A stretch of 64,000 nucleotides of DNA from the NCBI RefSeq assembly GCF_009914755.1, contig NC_060934.1. One strand, 5' to 3'. This DNA is from the human T2T-CHM13v2.0 reference genome, Homo sapiens. Of the stretch, positions 53,581 to 64,000 are shown in pieces (position 1 is the stretch's first letter; each line of letters opens with the position of its first letter). The position numbers and the translations under genes are program-made. Below the pieces are notes generated by a model. The model saw only the letters and a list, made by a program, of their open reading frames with translations, did no database searches and was not told the origin of the DNA.

Positions 53581-56500
53581 ACCCTTCTTTGTCTGCAGTT
53601 ACCTTTGGTTCTTTGCTCCAGAATTTCTCCAGCCTTAAATATGTTAATGAGTATAGTGAATTTCCAGTAATGCACCATCTTTTGCTCTCCAGAACTCCAA
53701 GGACTACATCTTAGAAATTAATGTCCTAGTGAAACTGATTCACTTAGCTTGGCTCTTGGGTTCTCTCCATTGGATGTATTCTTCAGCCAAAAGATAAGTG
53801 TCCATCCAGGCCAGCAATATGCAGAGACAAAGAGGACCTTACTAGCAAGTATGATCTAAGGTGCCCAAGAATCATTCATGCACTAACTCACTGCCCTAAT
53901 GTCCTAGATTTGCATGATTAAAGTAGTAACAACTATGGGCTACCAAGCATTGTGTCCCTTAGGAGTCCCAAGGCAAAACAGAAATCTAGCAAAACTCTTG
54001 GATATTGAACAATATATTGGAGATTAACTGTCGAGTTAACAGAAAAGTGACTTTCTGAGCTAAATTTTTTATATTCTCCTTTAGTAAGTGAAAATCTTTC
54101 TGAACTGCATTATATTTTTTTCTTACTTTTCCCATGTTTGCAAAAGTAATAGATTTCATTGACAAATATTTAGAAAATAAAGACACACACAGGCAACAAA
54201 AATTACAAATAATTTGTAATTTGCCCTTGGTCAAAAGCACTTACATTTTGAAACATTTCTTACTGGTCTCTTTTAGCACACCACCAAGGGAAAATCTTTG
54301 ATTCACTGATGTATATATATTTTTTATATATACATCATTATATGGATACATCCTTTAATGGATGTATGGATATTTCTCATAGATAAAAGAGCAACACCAC
54401 AAGTATTTCTTGATTTCTACAACTGAAGTACATCTTAGAAGGAATCTATTTCTTTTCTAAAATCATATAATAATTTATGGGCCCATGAGGAGTATGCCAT
54501 TTAAAGGGCTCTAATTAGGAATATTTTTGTAAAACTCATTTCATTAATTATCTTTCTTTTATATCCCTCCAGCCTTTTACATTCTATTAGTTCTTCTTTC
54601 TCATCAAACAGACTTATTTATGACATTTTCAACCTAAAACAAAGAAAGAAGGATGAACGTCTATAGTATACAGGAACATAACTCATGCAGTGAGTACTAC
54701 ATGAGAGGATACCTCACAGGAGAGTACCTCACCCACACCCACACTGGTAGTTCAGCAAAAGCTTTCTGGTTTTGGTCCACATGGTCCACATGACATTGAG
54801 CTAGGTCTTAAAGAAAACGAGAGTATTAAGCAGTCACTGATGTATATCTTAAGCACCAAGAATATCCTGGCAGTTAGTGCTAAATAAATGCTTACTTGGT
54901 TGCTTAGAAGCAGCTGTGGTCAGCAGCTCCCACCAAGCAGAATGAAAACGGCGAATGAATCCTGCACCTTCAACTGAGGTATCCAGATTCTCTCACTGGG
55001 ACTGACTAGGTAGTTGGTGTACCATGGAGAGTGAGGAAAAGCAGGGTGGAGCCATGGCACACCCAGGAGCTGCACAGGGCAAGGGGAACTCCCAACCCCA
55101 GCCAGGGGAGGCATTAAGTGATTGTGCTACCCTGCCCAGGAAACCATGCTCTTTCCATAGATCTGTGCAACCGTGGATCTGGAGATACCCTCGTGAGCCC
55201 ATATCACCAAGGCCTTGAGTCCCAAACACAGAGCTGTGCAGACTTTCAGTGGCCTCTTGGTTTGTGGCCAGTGGCAGCAGGCTGAAGGCTACCTAAGATG
55301 ACTGAGTTCCTGTCGGGGGGCGGGGGCAGCCACCATCACTGAGGCCCTAGTCAGCTGTTTTCCCCTGCCAGTGCTAAAGAGACTGGGCAGTTTGGACCAA
55401 GAGGAATTCCCCACAGCACCGCACAGTGGCTGTGGCAGATCATGGCCAGACTGCTTCTTTAGGTGAGACCCAGATCCATCCCTTCTTACTGGGCAGGGCA
55501 TCCCTGTGGGAATTTCAGCAACCCCAGCCAGGGATTTACAAACAAAACTCTGATCTCCCTGGGAAGGAGCCCCCATGGGGAGGGGTGGCCACAGTCTCTG
55601 CAGCTCAGCAGACTCAATCTTTCCTGCCTGCTGGCTCTAAAGATTGTTGGCAGTCTGGATGGAGTCCGAGCAGTCTGGACCAAGGGGATTCCTCACAGCC
55701 CAGCACACCCACTTCGCCAAGAGGCAGCCAGAGTGCTTCATTAAGAGGATCCCTCATCTTGTGCCTCCTGATGGGGTGAGACGCCTCAACAGGGGTCATC
55801 ACACACCTTATACAGGAGTGTTCCAGCTGGCATCAGGTCAGTGCCCTTCTGCGACAGAGCTCCCAGAGGAAAAACCAGGCACCCATCTTTGCTATTCTGC
55901 AGCTTCCACTAGTAACACATCCAGGTGTGGGAGGGACTGAGGCAAATATTCTGGAGTGGACCCCTAGCAAACCACAGCAGGCCTACAGAAGAAGGGCCTG
56001 ACTGTTAAAAACAAACCAACAGAAAGCAACAACAACAACATCAACAAAAAAGACCCCACAAAACCCTATCCAAAGGTCAGCAGCCTCAAAGATTGAAGGT
56101 AGATAGAGAAAGAATCAACTCAAAAACTCTGAAAACTGAAAAAGTCAGAGTGTCTCTTCTCTTCCAAATGATCACAACAACTCTCCAGCAAGGGCACAGA
56201 ACTGGGCTGAGGCTGAGATGGATGAAGTAACAGAAGTAGGCTTCAGAAGGGGAGTAATAACAAACTTCACTGAGCTAAAAGAGTATGTTCTAACCCAATG
56301 CAAAAAGGCTAAGAACAATGATAAAACATTACAGGAGCTGTTAACCAGAATAATCAGTTTAGAGAGGAACATATATGACCTGATGGAGCTGAAAAACACA
56401 ACATGAGAACTTCACAGCACAACTACAAGTATCAAGAGCCGAATAGACCAGCAGAAGAAACAATGTCAGAGCTTGAAGACTATTTTGCTGAAATAAGACA

Positions 56501-57400
56501 GGCAGACAAGATTAGAGAAGAATAAAAAGGAATGAACAAAACCTTAGAGAACTATAAGATTATGTAAAAAGACCAAACCTATAACTGATTGGGGTACCTA
56601 AAAGAGATGGAAAGAATGGAACCAAGTTGGAAACATACTTCAGGATATCATTCAGGAGAACTCCCCCAACCTAGCAAGACAGGCCAACATTCAAACTCAG
56701 GAAATACAGAGAACACTACTAAGATGTTCCAGGAGAAGATCAACCCCAAGACACATAATCATCAGATTCTCCAAGGTCAAAGTGAAGGAAAAAATGTTAA
56801 GGGAAGCCAGAGAGAAAGGCCAGGTAACCTACAAAGGGAAGCCAATCAGACTAACAGCAGAACTCTCAGTGGAAACCCTACAAGCCAGAAGAGATTGGGG
56901 GCCATTATTCAACATTCTTAAAGAAAAGAATTTCCAACCCAGAATTTCATATACGGCCAAACTAAGCTTCATAAGCAAAGGAAAATAAAATCCTTTTCAG
57001 GCATAAGCAAAGGAAAATAAAATCCTTTTCGAAACACTGAGGGAATTTGTCATCACCAGGCCTGCCTTGCGAGAATTCCTGAAGGAAGCATGAAATACAG
57101 AAAGGAAAAAGCATTACCAGTCACTACAAAATCACACTGAAGTACACAAACCAATGACACTATGAAGCAACTACATTAACAAGTCTGCAAAATAACCAGC
57201 TAGCATCATGAGGCTAGGATCATTTGACAGGATCAAATTCACACATAACACTACTATCCTTAAATGTAAATGGACTAAATGCCCCAATTAAAAGACACAG
57301 AATGGCAAGCTGGATAAAGAGTCATGACCCATCTGTGCACTGTATTCAAGAGACACATCTCACGTGCAAAGATACACATAGGCTCAAAATAAAGGGATGA

Positions 57401-57929
<529 letters not shown>

Positions 57930-59631
57930 TAAAACAAGTTCTTAAAGACCTATAAAGAGACTTAGACTCCCTCATGATAACAGTGGGTGACTTTAACACT
58001 CCACTGTCAATATTAGACAGATCACTGAGAGAGAAAATTAACAAAGATATTCAGGACTTGAACTCAGCTCTGAATCAAGTGGACCTGATAGATATCTATA
58101 GAACTCTCCTCCCCAAAACAAAAGAATATACATTCTTCTCGGTGCCACATGGCAACTTACTCTAAAATTGATTACATAATTAGAAGTAAAACACTCCTCA
58201 GCAAATGAAAAAGAGCTGAAATCATAACAAACAGTCTCTCAGACCACAGCAAAATCAAATTAGAACTCAAGATTAAGAAACTCACTCAAAACCACACAAC
58301 TATATGGAAATTGATCAACCTGCTCCTGAATGACTCCTGAGTAAATAATGAAATCAAGGAAGAAACCAAGAAGTTCTTTGAAACTAGTGAGAACAAAGAG
58401 ACAACATACCAGAACCTCTGGGACACAGCTAAAGCAGTGTTAAGAGGGAAATTTATAGCATTAAATGACCACATCAAAAATCTAGAAAGATCCCAAATTG
58501 ACATGCTAACATCATAAGTAAAAGAACTAGAGAAGAAAGAGCAAACAAACCCCAAAGCTAGCAGGAGACAAAAATAACCAAGATCAGAGCAGAACTGAAG
58601 GAGATAGAGATGCAAAAAAACCCTTCAAAAAATCAACAAATACAGGAGCTGGCTTTTTTTGAAAATATTAATAAAATAGATACACCACTAGCTAGACTAA
58701 TAAAGAAGAAAAAGAGAAGAATCAACTAGACAAAATAAAAAATGATAAAGGGAATATCACCACTGACCCCAAAGAAATACAAACAACCATCAGAGAATAC
58801 CATAAACACCTCTATGCAAAAAAAATTTAGAAAATCTAGAAGAAATGGATAAATTCCTGGACATATACACCCTCCCAAGACTAAACCAGAAAGAAATTGA
58901 CTCCCTTAATAGACCAATAACAAGTTCTGAAATTGAGGCAATAATTAATAGCCTAGCAATCAAACAAACCCAGGACCAGACGGATTCACAGCTGAATCCT
59001 ACCAGAGGTACAAAGAGGAGCTGGTAGTATTTCTTCTGAAACTATTCCAAACAATCAAAGAGGAGAAACTCCTCCCTAACTCATTTTATGAGGCCAGCAT
59101 CATCTTGATACCAAAACCTGGCAGAGAAAATACAAAAAAAGAAACCTTCAGGCCAATATCCTTGATGAACATCTATGCAAAAGTCCCCAACAAAATACTG
59201 GCAAACTGAATCCAGAAGCACATCAAAAGCTTACCCACCATGATCGAGCTGGCTTCATCCCTGGAATGCAAGGCTGGTTCAACATATACAAATCAATAAA
59301 GATAATTCATCACATAAACTAAACTAAAGACAAAAACCACATGATTATATCAATAGACACAGAACAAGCCTTCAACAAAATTCAACATCCCTTCATGTTA
59401 AAAACTCTCAATAAACTAGGTATTAAAAGAACATACCTCAAAATAATAAAAGCTGTCTATGACAAACCCACAGCCAACATTATACTGAATGGGCAAAAGC
59501 TGGAAGCATTCTCCTTGAAAACCAGCACAAGACAAGGATGCCCTCTCTCACCACTCGTATTCAACATAGTATTGGAAGTTCTGGCAGGGCAATAGGGCAA
59601 GAGAAAGAAATAAAGGGTATTCAAATTTTAA

Positions 59632-59763
<132 letters not shown>

Positions 59764-60141
59764 TAAAAGTCGCTAGCATTCCTATACACCAACAGCAGAC
59801 AAGCAGAGAGCCAAATCATGAATGAGCTCTTATTCACAATTGCTACAAAGAGAATAAAATACCTAGGAATACAGCTAACAAGGGAAGTGAAAGACCTCTT
59901 CAAGGAGAACTACAAACCACTGCTCAAGGAAATCAGAGAGGACACAAACAAATGGAAAATCATTCCATGCTCATGGATAGGAAGAACTAATATCATTAAA
60001 ATGGCCATACTGCCCAAAGTAATTTACAGATTCGATGCTATTCCTATTAAACTACCATTGACATTCTTCACAGAATTAGGAAAAACTATTTTAAAATTCA
60101 TATAGAACAAAAAAAGAGCCCATATAGCCAAGACAACCCTA

Positions 60142-60471
<330 letters not shown>

Positions 60472-62497
60472 CTAGAGGCATCACACTGCCCAACTTCAAA
60501 CTCAAAAACAGGCACATAGACCAATGGAACAGAATAGAGTACTTAGAAATAAGAGCAAACCTCTACAACCACCTCATTTTTGACAAACCTGACAAAAACA
60601 AGCAATGGGGAAAGGATTCCCTATTTAATAAATGATGCTGGGATAACTGAGATAGCCATATATAGAAAATTGAAACTAGATCCTTTCCTTACACTTAATA
60701 CAAAAACTAACTCAAGATGGATTAAAGACATAAATGTAAAACCCAAAACTATAAAAACCCTAGAAGAAGGCAACACCATTCAGGACATAGGTTCAAGCAA
60801 AGATTTCATAATGAAAACATCAAAACCAATTGCAATAAAAGCAAAAATTGACTAATGGAATCTAATTCAACTAAAGAGCTCCTGCACAGCAAAAGAAAGT
60901 ATCATCAGAGCAAACAGACAACCTACGGAACGGGAGAGAATTTGTGCAATCTATCCATCTGACAAAGATCTAATAACCAGAGTCCACAAGGAACTTAAAC
61001 AAATTCACAAGAAAAAACAAATGACCCCATTAAAAAGTAGGCAAAGGACATGAATAAACACTTCTCAAAAGAAGATATTTATGCAGCCAACAAACATGAA
61101 AAAAAGCTCAACATCACTGATCATTAGAGAGATGCAAATCAAAACCACTAGATGCCATCTCACACCAGTCAGAATGGCAATTATCAAAAAGTCAAGAAAC
61201 AACAGATGCTGGTCAGGCTACAGAGAGATAGAAGTGCTTTTACACTGTTGATGGGAATGTAAATTCATTCAACCATTGTGGAAGACAATGTGGTGATTCC
61301 TCAAAGATCTAGAACCAGAAATACCATTTGACCAACAATCCCATTACTGGATATATACCCAAAGGAATATAAATCATTCTATTATAAAGATACATGCATG
61401 CATATGTTCATTGCAGCACTATTCACAATAGTAAAGACACAGAATCAACCTAAATGCCCATCAATGATGACTGGATAAAGAAAATGTGGTACACATATAC
61501 TATGTAATACTATGCAGTCATAGAAAGGAATGAGATCATGTCCTTTGCAGGGACATGGATGGAGTTGGAGGCCATTATCCTTAGCCATCTAATGTAGAAA
61601 CAGAAACCCAAATACCGCATGTTCTCACTTATAATTGGGAGCTAAATGATGAGAACATGTGGATGCATAGTGGGGAACAACAGACACCAGGGCCTATCAA
61701 AGGGTAGAGGGTGGAAGGAGGGAGAGGGACATGGTTGGAGCTGGAAGCCATTATCCTCAGCAAACTAATGCAGGAACAGAAAACCAAACACTGCATGCTC
61801 TCATTGATAAGTGGGAGCTGAACAATGAGAACACATGGACACAGGGAGGGGAACAGCACACACAGGGTCTGTCAGGGGAAGGGGGTGGAGGGAGAGAGAG
61901 CAGATGGAAAATAGCTAATGCATGCTGGGCTTAATACCTAGGTGATGGGTTGCTGGAGCAGCAAACCACCATGGCACATGTTTGCCTATGTAACAAACAT
62001 GCACATCCTGCACGTGTACCATGGAACTTAAAATAAAAACTAAATAAATAAATGCTTACTTTCTGTATAATTTTTATATATTATTTTAAATACTTTTGCA
62101 TATTTTGTACACGTTTTTTATGCCTTATATCTTTTGTATGTTTCTTATCTTATAAATTCATTCATTTTATAAGTTTACAACTATATATACTACCTCATAA
62201 TCTTTTTCATTTCAGAACACATGAATGTACTTCTAGGTCATTAAACTATTAAATATTCTTCCACATTTATGTACCTGTCCTCACTTCCATTTTTTGAGAG
62301 ATGGCTAATTCAGTGCTTTGTGGAGAGCTGAGGTGTTTTTTCCTTATAATAGAAGAGTTACTCAGGTTTCACTGCCAAATTTTAGAAAACATAATTGGGT
62401 TTTATCCAATTGAAGGCCTAATACCCATACTATTTTACAAGTATTTTCACTACAGTGTTTTCTGAAAATTTTCTCATCTCCTTAAACATGTTTTTGA

Positions 62498-62929
<432 letters not shown>

Positions 62930-64000
62930 TAGAACACTGATTACAGTAATATGCCATAGCTATGGGTACAGACGATATGCATATAAATCAGAATAAACAA
63001 CACCAGCATATACCCTAAATCTGTTTTATTCTTTTGAAGAAATTAATATCGGGCTTTTTAATCAGTGGTCTCTCTTTCATAAAAGTCAAAGAAACATAAC
63101 ATCAGTATAGGTGTCTACAAAATGAGTCAATATTCCAGACTTTTCCCAAGTAACATTCTCATTCTCCATATAAGAATAAAGAGGAAAAAGAAAGAAAAAT
63201 TATTTTCCCATTACTATGCTTGGGTAATTTCAAAACAACCTCTATGATTTCTGAATCACTAATGGAAAATCTTTGTCAACAGCTTCAATTAACTTCTTTT
63301 TCCCATAGTCAGTAAGAAATGCAAATCCCTCAACACCTCTCAATTTGTACCAGGATAATTGAGGTTTTTCCAACACCTGCCAATGCTCTCCTATCATTCA
63401 TCAGGAGACCTTTCTGCATTGGTCATAGTTTCCTCAAGCTCCGTGGCTCACTGATTATGATCCAAATTTCAGGCCCAAGCAACTCTATGAGATTAAAGAT
63501 GCTTTTTAAAAAGCTATAATCATTTGGTGATCTTCCCTGAATAATGAATAAACTTCTTCATTAAATATGTTCCAAAAAATTTCATATTCTACAGGCATAC
63601 TATTAAACAAATGAGACTGGAAGTGTCAGACAAAGAGAGAGGATGTATTTGCCAATACTAACCTCTAGCCCTGATTCTACAGAGTGGACACTATAATCAT
63701 TTAATTATTGAAGTGGGCATAAGGAGTAATCTTTTAAGTTATCTTTCATTGAAAATACACAAAGCGTTTGGAGACCATCAGCACCATAAGCAATAGGCAA
63801 AATATATACCAAATTCACCCACAGAACTTACAACTGCATCTTCCACATGACAGAGACACTCAACAAATTATCCGAAACATGTGGATGCTTTCAAATGATA
63901 ACATTTTTCATTCACCATAAATTCTTTCCCTCCATGGGAACCTTCAGGATTAATATATGTGATATTATTCGACCTGCTTCTTAACCTACTTAAATTTGGG

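Noticed and set aside
56970-57030. 29-bp direct repeat, and short duplications at 4686, 38176, 44533, 47271 and 54772
   Set aside because: Ordinary slippage duplications with no sign of function.

Overview
Human genomic DNA (an AluYb-lineage element is present), AT-rich and roughly half transposon-derived. No protein-coding exon, RNA gene or CRISPR array is supported; the ORF track is explained by Alu/L1/MaLR remnants, low-complexity tracts and chance frames. The window lies inside a gene transcribed on the minus strand. Three short exons with canonical splice sites are at 41077-41119 (43 nt), 34860-35001 (142 nt) and 7647-7727 (81 nt). Their sizes, order and spacing match my recollection of 5'UTR exons 4, 5 and 6 of SGMS1 (sphingomyelin synthase 1); I could not check this against a database. 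The spliced 266-nt leader carries 9 AUGs in 6 short uORFs and one reading frame broken by a single TGA. If exon 6 back-splices to exon 4, that frame covers the whole circle with an overlapping ATGA start/stop. Inverted Alu pairs bracket the exons, and there are recursive-splice-like AG|GT sites and a candidate micro-exon. Mobile elements include a near full-length old L1PA with a 17-bp TSD, a MER11 solo LTR, a two-LTR MST provirus, a very young AluYb with a 52-A tail, and many Alu, MIR, L2, L1M, MLT and DNA-transposon relics. I see no convincing evidence for a wholly new biological system; the best leads concern uORF, circRNA and splicing control of this leader.
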